From contig JAUQPL010000004.1 in the NCBI GenBank assembly GCA_030550395.1, positions 125,839 through 189,838 of the forward strand: 64,000 nt of DNA. Direction: 5' to 3'. Position 1 is the first letter of the stretch. The number at the start of each line of letters is the position of its first letter. Position numbers and translations under genes: made by a program. The notes beneath the pieces were generated by a model, which ran no database searches, had not been told where the DNA came from, and was given only the letters and a program-made list of their open reading frames with translations. Shown here one piece after another: positions 55,804 to 64,000 of this stretch. Source of the stretch: Bacteroidota bacterium. Its GTDB lineage: Bacteria > Bacteroidota > Ignavibacteria > Kapaibacteriales > HRBIN21.

Positions 55804-57251
55804 AGGCGTTCGATGATATAGCCGTCGCGGAGGTCCTTGATGGTATAGCCAGCTTGCTGGATCTGGTAGCGAAGTGCATCGGCTTCGGCGTAACGTCGCT
55901 GCAGACGCAGTTGCCAACGCTGCTCGGCTAGACGGCGAATTTCTTCGGGAATTTCCTCTGGCGGGCGTGGGGCGATATCCCAGACGTCCACGATTTGGTT
56001 GAGTTCCGAGATAAAGTGCAGGACTTCCCGGCGACTTTCGGCAGAGAGAGCAGTAGCGGGAGTGGCGTTGAGGAAGCTGAAGAATTCAGCGAATGCTTTC
56101 GGTGTATGGAGGTCATGGGCAAGGTGACTAAAGATGCGTTCCCGGACAGCAGCAACATCGACGTGGATGCCATCGTCTGGTGCTGGCTCGTGGAGGGCAT
56201 AGATGTACTCCTGTACCCGCTTCCGAGCACCTCGGGCAGCTTCTATACCGGCAAAGGTGAAGTTGAACGGTGAGCGGTAGTGTGCCCCCAGCATGGCGAA
56301 ACGGATATCCAGTGGGTCTATACCCTGCTTCAGCAGGTCGCGCAGTGTGAAGAAGTTGCCCAAGGACTTGCTCATCTTCTGTCCCTCTACCTCCAAGAAC
56401 TCGTTGTGCACCCAGAAGCGGGTGGGGTCTACGCCGTATCCTGCCATGCTTTGGGCGATCTCATTTTCGTGATGGGGGAAACGCAGGTCAATTCCGCCGG
56501 TGTGGATGTCAAAGGGGAGCCCCAACAGTTCGTGTTCCATTGTGGAACATTCCAGGTGCCATCCAGGGCGCCCAGGCAGCTGACGTCCCTGGAGCTCAAA
56601 GTCCCAGTATGGTTCGCCGGGCTTCCATGCCTTCCAGAGCACAAAGTCGGTTACTTCCTGGCGTTCGTACTGGTCGGCGTCAATGCGGGCACCAGGCTTA
56701 ATGGAGGCAAGGTCAATCGGAAGAAGGCGCCCGTATGGAGCAACGGCCTGCCAGGCAGAGAGGTCAAAGTAGACGCTATTGCCGGCGATATAGCCGAAGC
56801 CGCGCTCTACGATGCGGCGTACCAGGTCTTGCATCTGCGGGATGTATTCTGTCGCCCGTGGCATAGCCGAGAGATCACGACGGCGGATGTGTAACCGCTC
56901 GATGTCTTCCAGAAAGGCTTGTTCGTAGAAGCTAGTGTAGCGGCGGAGATTCTCCCGCGGGTCATCGGTCTGCTCGCCCATTTCCGGACGCCAGAGAGGG
57001 CTGCCAGGAGCACTGCCACGGATGGTCTTGTCGTCGATATCGGTAATGTTCATCACCCAACGGACCTCATAGCCGCCGACCACGCGCAGCACCCGCTGCA
57101 AAAGATCTGCACAGAGGAAAGCCCGCATGTTGCCGATATGAGCGTAGTCGTAGACAGTTGGTCCGCACGTGTACATGCGAACCTCTCCATCCCGGAGAGG
57201 TTCAAAGGGATCAATGCGGCGGGTCAGCGTGTTGAAAAGCTCAATCTGCAT
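55800..57251 (-). CDS. cysS: Cysteine--tRNA ligase
   Basis: Class I aaRS HIGH (HIGN) and KMSKS motifs; N-terminus MYTCGPTVYDYAHIGN. Confidence 0.92.
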   Translation of the reverse strand: MQIELFNTLTRRIDPFEPLRDGEVRMYTCGPTVYDYAHIGNMRAFLCADLLQRVLRVVGGYEVRWVMNITDIDDKTIRGSAPGSPLWRPEMGEQTDDPRENLRRYTSFYEQAFLEDIERLHIRRRDLSAMPRATEYIPQMQDLVRRIVERGFGYIAGNSVYFDLSAWQAVAPYGRLLPIDLASIKPGARIDADQYERQEVTDFVLWKAWKPGEPYWDFELQGRQLPGRPGWHLECSTMEHELLGLPFDIHTGGIDLRFPHHENEIAQSMAGYGVDPTRFWVHNEFLEVEGQKMSKSLGNFFTLRDLLKQGIDPLDIRFAMLGAHYRSPFNFTFAGIEAARGARKRVQEYIYALHEPAPDDGIHVDVAAVRERIFSHLAHDLHTPKAFAEFFSFLNATPATALSAESRREVLHFISELNQIVDVWDIAPRPPEEIPEEIRRLAEQRWQLRLQRRYAEADALRYQIQQAGYTIKDLRDGYIIERL

Positions 57252-58653
57252 CGTGTCTCTGGGAGCGATAGCTGTTGATGTCGATGGCGTATTCTTTGAT
57301 TAAGCGATGACAATGTTCGCGGCTAATACCCAGCCTGTGGGCTGTCTGAGTGACATTGCCCCTACATACCTTGAGCGTTTGTATCAGTAGCTCTTGAGTG
57401 ACCCGTTTTTTGGTTTCCCACAATCCACCGTTGGTAGGAGACGGCTGTTGGGTTTTAGCTCTTTTTAGGGCTGCCAGTACGATCCGTCGGGTGATAGACG
57501 AGGTGCCTTCATCGGCAGCAATGATGAGGCAGTTGCGGATGACGTTTTGGAGTTCGCGCACGTTCCTTTCCCATTTATGCAACCGAAGTTCTTCCAGGGC
57601 TGGTTCTGCGAACTCAAAGTGGCGAGGCTTCTGGTCCTTCCAAATTTGTGTCGGTAGCGTGCGGGCGAAATACCGGGCTAAATGGTCAATATCTTCAGGG
57701 CGTTCGCTCAGAGATGGCACGGTAAGGATTGCTTGGCTGAGGCGCTCGTAAAGGTCGCGGCGAAAACGCCCTTCATCCACCATGCGGGGGAGCTCACAGT
57801 TTGTTGCCGAAATGATGCGGATGTCAACAGTTTCCTCTTTGGTGGAACCTACTCGGGTGAAGCGTTTCTCTTCAATCGGCTTGAGGAGCTTTAGCTGTTG
57901 CTCCGGCGAGAGGTTGCCGATTTCGTCCAGGAAGAGGGTGCCTCTATTGGCTTCGTGGAAGAAGCCATCGGTGTTTTCGGCTCCTGTATATGCTCCCTTG
58001 GCGGTGCCAAAGAGGCGGCTACTGAAAAGCTCGGTAGAGCTAGCAATATTGGGGATATCCACTGTAACCCAGGGTCCATTCCGGCGGTGACTTGCTTCGT
58101 GTAAGGCACGGGCGATGAGCGTCTTGCCTGTTCCCGTTTCTCCTAAGATGAGGACAGAAAGCTCTGTCGGGCCGTAGGACGTAATGAAGCGGGCAACCTC
58201 TACCATTGCAGGGCTTCGGGTCTCTATGCCAAAGTGGCGGAGATACTGCAGAAGTTCGCTCGTTTTGCCAGGGAGCTCCTGGCGCAATGTCCCTAAGTGC
58301 TCGACTAAATTTGCTAGCTGGTCTTTAGGGATATAGCTACGTGCCCCTTGCTTAATGGCCTGTTCTATGTAGACGGCTCGCTCGTAGTTGGAGAGCATAA
58401 ACACCGGAGGCGGAGAAGGCAGTTGAAGGATGTTGTCCAGCAATTGGAGTCCTAATGGTTCTTCTCCAAAGCGGACGTCCAGCAGGACGGCGAAAACGTT
58501 TGCTGAAGAGGAATTAGACACGAAGGACAGTCCTTCCTCTGGATCCGTGAAGCCTCGGACTTGGTAGCCGTGGGGGGTGAGGAGCTCGTGGATACGGTCA
58601 ATAGAGCTCTGTTCATCGTCAATTGCCACAACGAGGTAAGGCTCCTGTAGCAT
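57241..58653 (-). CDS. Sigma-54-dependent Fis-family response regulator (NtrC-like)
   Basis: A receiver domain (phospho-Asp in LLDVRFG), an AAA+ sigma-54 activator domain (ILGETGTGKTLIARALH), and a C-terminal Fis-type HTH. Confidence 0.85.
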   Translation of the reverse strand: MLQEPYLVVAIDDEQSSIDRIHELLTPHGYQVRGFTDPEEGLSFVSNSSSANVFAVLLDVRFGEEPLGLQLLDNILQLPSPPPVFMLSNYERAVYIEQAIKQGARSYIPKDQLANLVEHLGTLRQELPGKTSELLQYLRHFGIETRSPAMVEVARFITSYGPTELSVLILGETGTGKTLIARALHEASHRRNGPWVTVDIPNIASSTELFSSRLFGTAKGAYTGAENTDGFFHEANRGTLFLDEIGNLSPEQQLKLLKPIEEKRFTRVGSTKEETVDIRIISATNCELPRMVDEGRFRRDLYERLSQAILTVPSLSERPEDIDHLARYFARTLPTQIWKDQKPRHFEFAEPALEELRLHKWERNVRELQNVIRNCLIIAADEGTSSITRRIVLAALKRAKTQQPSPTNGGLWETKKRVTQELLIQTLKVCRGNVTQTAHRLGISREHCHRLIKEYAIDINSYRSQRHDAD

Positions 58654-58707
58654 GGAGAAATACAGGGAGGTTTATGGTACACGAACCCACCCAAATTTAG
58701 CACGTTC

Positions 58708-59151
58708 TTAGCGAACGCAGCAGAGTCGTGCGGTCTCCAGTGAGTCATAGAGAGCCCAGAAAAGCTCGTTCCCGTGGGTACGATAGCGAGGATTCCAGAC
58801 GATGCGCATGAGGGCTGTGGGGGAACGGTACTCAACGAACCGTTGGGTATCGGCTGGTACGTAGAAGGCTTGGACGGTGAGGAAAGCATGGTGGGCTTGG
58901 GAAAGGAGGCGACAGTAGAGTTCCCCCTTTATCCGACCCAGCTGGATGCGGCTGAGAAGGGAATCACCCGTGGCGTGGTAGCGGAAGAGTTCTCCACGGG
59001 AAGTTAGCTCGTAGCCGAGGATGTTTGTCCCTGTGCTGTCCTGAATACCCCAGCGGAGGCGGAGTTCGGAGAGAGCAGGCGTCAGGCAGGGAGGAGTGCT
59101 GTAGCAGGCGATCAGCAGTATGCAGGTGCTGAGGGGAAGGCACCACTTCAT
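58708..59151 (-). CDS. Hypothetical lipoprotein
   Basis: Start MKWCLPLSTCILLIACY (lipobox); the ATG overlaps the gltX stop (ATGA). Confidence 0.45.
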   Translation of the reverse strand: MKWCLPLSTCILLIACYSTPPCLTPALSELRLRWGIQDSTGTNILGYELTSRGELFRYHATGDSLLSRIQLGRIKGELYCRLLSQAHHAFLTVQAFYVPADTQRFVEYRSPTALMRIVWNPRYRTHGNELFWALYDSLETARLCCVR

Positions 59152-60632
59152 ACGGCTGTCCGGAGGTACTCCATGAAGATAGGGAGCTGCGAGGCAAGGA
59201 ATTCCCGGAGGCGTCGGATGCATTCGGATTTTCCGAGGACCTCCATTGTTTCGAAGATGCCAGCCCCGACAGATTTACCAGTGAGGATAAGGCGCAGCGG
59301 GTGAACAAGCGCTCGCAACGGTTGACCCCGGCTTTCAGTGAATTCCCGGATGCGCTGTTGGAGGAGTTCGGCGTGGAAAGGTTCCGTCTGCTCCAGAACG
59401 CGGATCAGCTCTTCCAGCCATTGGGGGAGATCTTCATGCCAGTGCTTGCGGAAGTAGTCCCAGTCGTATGAGCGTGGTGGGATGAAGAGGTAGTCTCCAA
59501 AGGTAGCAATCTCCGGAAGCCTATTGACCCGTTCCCGTAGCAAGGCGATGGCTCGCATGAGATACGTTTGTGGGAACTCGGGGTAACCTAATTGAGACAA
59601 GTACGGCTGGAGTTCCCGGGCTAATCGTTCCAACGGCAGGCGTCGGAGATACTGGGCATTAAGCCAATCCAGCTTGTTGCGGTCAACGATTGCCGGAGCC
59701 CGATTGACTTTAGTAAGCTCGAAGCTGGCGATGAGTTCGTCCAACGTGAAGAGTTCTCGGTCTGCTGTAGGATTCCAGCCTAGGAGGGCGACGAAATTGA
59801 GCAGTGCCTCTGGGAAGTAGCCCTGGCGACGGAAGTCTTCTACCGCAACGTCCCCGTGGCGCTTGCTCAGCTTACTGCGGTCGGGATTGAGCAAGAGAGG
59901 TAAGTGAGCAAATTGTGGCGGTTCCCAGCCGAAGGCTTCGTAGAGGAGAATGTGCTTCGGGGTGGAGGGAATCCACTCCTCACCTCGGATGACGTGAGTG
60001 ATACGCATAAAGTGGTCATCTACCACATTCGCCAGATGGTAGGTGGGGAATCCGTCGGATTTGAGGAGTACCTGGTCGTCGATGTCTCGGCTGTGCACGC
60101 TGATTTCTCCGCGGATGAGGTCATGGAAACAAATCTGGCGGTCCAAAGGCACCAGCAACCGTATGACGGCAGGAGCGCCTTCGGATAGGAGCCGTCGTAC
60201 CTCCTCCGGTGGCAAGGTGAAGCTATTGCGCATGGAAAATCGGTCGTACTTGGGCGCAATTCCCGCACGCCGTTGGTGTTCACGCATCCGCTCTAACTCC
60301 TCCGGAGTGTCAAAAGCGTAATAGGCGCTTCCCCGCTCCACGAGGAGGTGCGCTTGCTGTCGGTAAAGTTCCAGGCGCTGGGATTGGACGTATGGACCGT
60401 AAGGACCGCCAACGTGAGGACCTTCGTCAAACTCCAATCCGACCCAGCGGAGCATTTCGATGATGTTCTCCACCGCTCCGGGAACGGTTCGCTCCTGGTC
60501 GGTGTCTTCTATGCGAAGGATGAAGCTACCTCCATGGTGCCGGGCAAAGAGGAAGTTGTAGAGGGCTGTCCGCAGACCACCGATGTGGAGGAGACCCGTC
60601 GGCGAAGGAGCAAAACGGACACGGGTGCTCAT
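59148..60632 (-). CDS. gltX: Glutamate--tRNA ligase
   Basis: N-terminus RFAPSPTGLLHIGGLRTALYN (HIGH) and a KLSKR (KMSKS) motif. Confidence 0.92.
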   Translation of the reverse strand: MSTRVRFAPSPTGLLHIGGLRTALYNFLFARHHGGSFILRIEDTDQERTVPGAVENIIEMLRWVGLEFDEGPHVGGPYGPYVQSQRLELYRQQAHLLVERGSAYYAFDTPEELERMREHQRRAGIAPKYDRFSMRNSFTLPPEEVRRLLSEGAPAVIRLLVPLDRQICFHDLIRGEISVHSRDIDDQVLLKSDGFPTYHLANVVDDHFMRITHVIRGEEWIPSTPKHILLYEAFGWEPPQFAHLPLLLNPDRSKLSKRHGDVAVEDFRRQGYFPEALLNFVALLGWNPTADRELFTLDELIASFELTKVNRAPAIVDRNKLDWLNAQYLRRLPLERLARELQPYLSQLGYPEFPQTYLMRAIALLRERVNRLPEIATFGDYLFIPPRSYDWDYFRKHWHEDLPQWLEELIRVLEQTEPFHAELLQQRIREFTESRGQPLRALVHPLRLILTGKSVGAGIFETMEVLGKSECIRRLREFLASQLPIFMEYLRTAV

Positions 60633-61102
60633 GCAGACTTCTGGGTCGTGAGACTTTCAGGCTCGTGATGCTGGACAGACAGTGGGAGGCTCACCTCCGC
60701 AAAGGTACGTTCGGTTTCATGGACGCGCACCCACAGGCGATGCAGGTTCGGGTATTGAGAGAGGGAAACGCTGAGCTGTTCGGCAAGCCAGCGGGCAATA
60801 TTTTCTGCCGTGCTTGGGAAGGGAACGTAGACGACCTTAAGGGTAGGGTGTTGACGGAAGAAGGTGGTCATGACCGTATCGTCTTCGGAGCAAAGAAATG
60901 CATGGTCCAAGCGTTGGATGATTGGCTCAACGAGGCGTGCTAGCTCTATGTAGTCCAGCACCATGCCCTGTGCATCGGGCTTACCTTCCAGGGTAATGAC
61001 GGCGCGATAGGAATGACCATGCAGATTCTGGCAACCGCAGGTGTGAAAGGGAAGGCGGTGTGCCATCTCCCAGCGGAATTCCTTAGCAATGCGCATGGTC
61101 AT
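60629..61102 (-). CDS. queD: 6-carboxy-5,6,7,8-tetrahydropterin synthase QueD
   Basis: CxxxHGH motif (CQNLHGHSY) and PTPS fold length. The start was refined to MTMRIAKEF; it has ATGA overlaps at both ends. Confidence 0.8.
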   Translation of the reverse strand: MTMRIAKEFRWEMAHRLPFHTCGCQNLHGHSYRAVITLEGKPDAQGMVLDYIELARLVEPIIQRLDHAFLCSEDDTVMTTFFRQHPTLKVVYVPFPSTAENIARWLAEQLSVSLSQYPNLHRLWVRVHETERTFAEVSLPLSVQHHEPESLTTQKSA

Positions 61103-61452
61103 GAGGTTTCTGGGCGTTCGTAGCGTGCGTGGATTACCGAGCGCATACCACCGCGGGTATTCCACTCCGTAATGACCTCCATCTCCAGCGGGTCGCAAGC
61201 TGCGACTAAGTCGTCCAAGATGCGGTTGGTGACATCCTCGTAGAAGATACCCATGTTGCGGTACTGGAGGAAGTAGTACTTCAGCGATTTTAGCTCCAGG
61301 CAGAGCTTATCGGGCACATAGCGGATGGTCACTGTACCGAAATCAGGAAGTCCTGTCCGGGGGCAAACAGAGGTGAACTCAGGATTGATGTGGGTAATAA
61401 CGTAGCGCCGACCGGGCTTAGGGTTGGGAAAGGTTTCGATCTGAGCTGCCAT
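61099..61452 (-). CDS. queF: NADPH-dependent 7-cyano-7-deazaguanine reductase QueF (type I)
   Basis: QueF motifs ([16 protein letters not shown]; the C-terminal E..HE region). Confidence 0.85.
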   Translation of the reverse strand: MAAQIETFPNPKPGRRYVITHINPEFTSVCPRTGLPDFGTVTIRYVPDKLCLELKSLKYYFLQYRNMGIFYEDVTNRILDDLVAACDPLEMEVITEWNTRGGMRSVIHARYERPETS

Positions 61453-61477
61453 ACCAACGGGAGGGCAACCATGGGAC

Positions 61478-61485
61478 GGATTAAA
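61478..61485 (-). promoter_or_regulatory. Candidate -7 element TAATTTTG upstream of queF (minus strand)
   Basis: An exact TAnnTTTG on the minus strand ending 25 nt before the queF ATG. Confidence 0.4.
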
Positions 61486-61528
61486 TACAAAATTAGAAGC
61501 CTTGGGGCAGATTTGGGGGTAAGTGTGC

Positions 61529-62215
61529 CTATGGGGTGCGCTCTATAACGAGAGGCTGGCACTGACATTGGCGAGCAACGGTTGGGCGAGCTTTTTCAGC
61601 GTCTTCACGGCTTTGGTACGAGCCTACGACAACGGCATAGTGCTGCGTCCCCTGCCAGATTTTCGGCATGATCTCGGCCCGGAGCCGACGTTGGCGGAGG
61701 CGTTCCACCTCTTTATGAGCAAGTTTGGGGCTGCGGAAAAGGCTAACTTGCAGAGTGTATGGAGATGCCTTCGGGGTGAAGTCCTTTGAGAAAGATGTTG
61801 GAGGAACACCAACCGTTGCTCGCAGTGTCTCCCAGGCGTATACGAGGAAGTCCGAGGTAGGGTATGAGTGACGGAATTGCTCGTAGAGCTGCCATGCCCG
61901 GAGGCTATCACGGCGGAGAGCAAAGTACTGGACCAGTCGGCAGAGGGCATCATCAGCCCATGGGCTGTTGGGAAACTCGCCAACGATGCGTTCATAAATC
62001 GATACTGCCTGCCGGGCGTCAGAAAGAGTGGTTGCCTGTAAGAAGAGGAGAGATGGTTCATTCGGGTAGCGTGCCAGCCATGCGGGAAGCTCACGGCGGA
62101 CTGTGTCTAACTCTCCGGAGGCAATCCGCAGTAGGGCTTTGCGGGCATATTCCGTGGGGGATTGAGCCATGAGGGCTCCAGCAAGGAGGAAAAGGGCAGT
62201 GGAACGGATCAGCAT
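61529..62215 (-). CDS. SPOR-domain protein with TPR-like N-terminal region
   Basis: Signal peptide; a C-terminal SPOR repeat ([10 protein letters not shown]...[18 protein letters not shown]). Confidence 0.65.
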   Translation of the reverse strand: MLIRSTALFLLAGALMAQSPTEYARKALLRIASGELDTVRRELPAWLARYPNEPSLLFLQATTLSDARQAVSIYERIVGEFPNSPWADDALCRLVQYFALRRDSLRAWQLYEQFRHSYPTSDFLVYAWETLRATVGVPPTSFSKDFTPKASPYTLQVSLFRSPKLAHKEVERLRQRRLRAEIMPKIWQGTQHYAVVVGSYQSREDAEKARPTVARQCQCQPLVIERTP

Positions 62216-62301
62216 TCAGCTTCTTGATGCGGGATGACCAGGGGTACGAAAATACACAAAACCACTGCGTGTCTCATCCTCTGTAGTTCTGGGACGATTC
62301 C

Positions 62302-63402
62302 ATGGAGCCGCAGCTGCGCCTATTAGTGGCCGCCGGTGGAACAGGTGGGCATTTCTTTCCCGCTGTGGCTGTGATCCAGGAAGCAGAGCGGTTGGGGAAG
62401 GGGCTGCGCGTCTGCTTTCTGGGACGGGCCGATCGAATTGAAGGGCGGTTAGCGCCAGCATTGGGATACGAGTTCTTCCCGCTGTCCGTGAGTGGCTTTG
62501 CCGGCTGGAATCGGTGGCAGAGTTATCGGGCTATGGTGCAAATGGTATCGAGCTCGGTGCGCCTTGCCCGGTTTGTGCGACGCTTTCGTCCGCATGTGGT
62601 GTTGACTACGGGAGCGTACCTGGCCATCCCGACGGGGGTAGTTGCCCGCTGGTATGGAATTCCGTTGGTGGTGCTGGAGTTAAATGTAGTACCGGGACGG
62701 GCGGTGCGCCTTTTGGCTCCTTGGGCCACCGTGGTGGCAACGGCGTATGAACGGACGGCTTACTTCTTGCCACCTTCTGGGCGAGCGCGCCTGCAGTGGG
62801 TTGGAGCGCCAGTGCGGCAGGAGTTCTTTACGGTCCCATCGTCTGCGGAGGCTCGGCGGCAATTAGGACTGGAACCGGACAGAGCCACTGTTGCCATCCT
62901 CGGGGGGAGTCTGGGAGCGGCACGGCTTAATACGGTTGCCCGGCAGTTACTGCCTTTTGTAGAGCAAGGGCGTTTTCAGCTCATCTGGCAGTATGGTCAT
63001 CGTTGTCCACCTCCGGAGGGGCTCCCGCGCTGTGGGGTCTTGGCACGTCCGTTTTTTGAGGAGCCAGCTTTACTGCTAGCGGCGGCAGACTGTGTTGTAG
63101 CACGGGCGGGCGGCATGACGATTGCGGAACTATGTGCGGTTGGACGGGCGGCAATTTTGGTGCCGTATCCAGCAGCGACGGATCAGCATCAGTGGGCGAA
63201 CGCTCGGTGGATGGAAGAAATGGGGGCCGCCGTGTGCATAGCCGACGAGCGGGCAGAGATCGAGGTCCCCCCGATGGTAGAGCGGCTCCTCGGTGAAGAG
63301 ACAACACGGGAGCAGATGGCAATGGCTGCCCGCCGTTTAGGCAGACCTGAGGCAGCATCGCGGCTTGCTTTGCTTCTATGGAGCCATCGGAAGGAATGGT
63401 AA
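62302..63402 (+). CDS. murG: Undecaprenyldiphospho-muramoylpentapeptide beta-N-acetylglucosaminyltransferase MurG
   Basis: N-terminal GGTGGH motif and GT28 N- and C-terminal domains. Confidence 0.8.
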   Translation: MEPQLRLLVAAGGTGGHFFPAVAVIQEAERLGKGLRVCFLGRADRIEGRLAPALGYEFFPLSVSGFAGWNRWQSYRAMVQMVSSSVRLARFVRRFRPHVVLTTGAYLAIPTGVVARWYGIPLVVLELNVVPGRAVRLLAPWATVVATAYERTAYFLPPSGRARLQWVGAPVRQEFFTVPSSAEARRQLGLEPDRATVAILGGSLGAARLNTVARQLLPFVEQGRFQLIWQYGHRCPPPEGLPRCGVLARPFFEEPALLLAAADCVVARAGGMTIAELCAVGRAAILVPYPAATDQHQWANARWMEEMGAAVCIADERAEIEVPPMVERLLGEETTREQMAMAARRLGRPEAASRLALLLWSHRKEW

Positions 63403-63589
63403 TATCCCTCCTCTCTGTCAGGGCGGCAGTGCGGAAGCGGTCGTCACCGACGGATAACGTAGACGTCAGGGATTGAGCCGTGACGCCTAATTTTGTGCCC
63501 GTGCGAAGAGGTGCTGACATCGCAGGTAGGTCGGCACAGACGGTTGTGTTGAACCAAGGCTTCTCCAGCTTTGCTCGGTCCAGGAGAGT

Positions 63590-64000
63590 ATGACATCAGT
63601 TCCGGTAAGGGGGGAGAAAGTATTTCGGTACCGTGTGGACATCTACTGGCGGGCACTGGCACTCTATCTTCTGGCGCTTCTTGGGTATGGCTTTCTGCGG
63701 AGCGGAATCAGCAACGGTTATGTTACCGTAGTGCTCACGGATCCGGTATCGCTGCTGTTGTTACTCTTTGTAGTATGGGCAGCGGCCGCACTGCTGTGGG
63801 TATGGTATCGCCAGCCTAGTATTGGAGTGGGACACGACTATGTTCGCTTGCGGACGCGCTTTCGGGAGCGTGTGGTCCGACTGCAGGAGATTGAGCGTTT
63901 ATCGTTGCCTCGGTGGCAGCGGGGGTGGGGACGCCTAATCCGTATCCGACTGAAAGGGCGGCGCATTCTGGTCATACGGCCGGCTGCCTATGAGCGTCCC
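63590..64000 (+). CDS. Hypothetical membrane protein, 5' part (runs off the window end)
   Basis: An open frame from ATG 63590 with no stop before the window end; two hydrophobic helices followed by an Arg-rich region. It is not in the ORF track because it is incomplete. Confidence 0.35.
   Translation, partial: MTSVPVRGEKVFRYRVDIYWRALALYLLALLGYGFLRSGISNGYVTVVLTDPVSLLLLLFVVWAAAALLWVWYRQPSIGVGHDYVRLRTRFRERVVRLQEIERLSLPRWQRGWGRLIRIRLKGRRILVIRPAAYERP

Noticed and set aside
1-64000. CRISPR arrays, IS elements, integrases, prophage genes
   Set aside because: No regularly spaced direct repeats were seen. There are no transposase, integrase or phage structural gene signatures in any frame and no rRNA genes. 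The tRNA pair is not accompanied by an integrase or obvious att repeats.

Overview
This is a 64 kb, roughly 62% GC, very gene-dense bacterial chromosomal segment; I called about 55 CDS, two tRNAs and no rRNA, CRISPR array, transposase or integrase. Three lines of evidence place the organism in the FCB group (Bacteroidota/Rhodothermota-like). Two secreted proteins end in type IX secretion (T9SS, Por_Secre_tail-like) C-terminal sorting domains. AT-rich TAnnTTTG motifs, the Bacteroidetes sigma-A '-7' element, recur 25-45 nt upstream of many start codons and just before the tRNA pair. A fused 2-oxoacid dehydrogenase E1 alpha/beta gene is also present. Housekeeping genes include dnaK, a small heat-shock protein gene, uvrC, a UvrD-like helicase, rpsA, dnaB, cysS, gltX, queD/queF and murG; the upp gene is 5' truncated at the window start. 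Accessory content includes an exopolysaccharide locus with a Wzc-like BY-kinase carrying a (YYx)n tyrosine tail, plus a sugar transferase and a Gfo/Idh/MocA oxidoreductase. It also includes two orphan family-5 substrate-binding proteins and a cluster of J-domain, AhpD-like, WD40 and BatA/VWA proteins. The most unusual loci are: (i) a PKD-domain, FGE-sulfatase-family lipoprotein that lacks the Cys pair of true formylglycine-generating enzymes and is translationally coupled (ATGA overlap) to a pentaheme c-type cytochrome lipoprotein; (ii) a C39-peptidase ABC exporter plus HlyD pair beside a tRNA-Ala(CGC)/tRNA-Gln(CUG) tandem with no double-glycine substrate gene nearby; (iii) a 675 nt non-coding island containing a small helix-turn-helix ORF. 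Gene calls rest on recognisable motifs and ORF geometry; start codons were refined by eye and may be off by a few codons.
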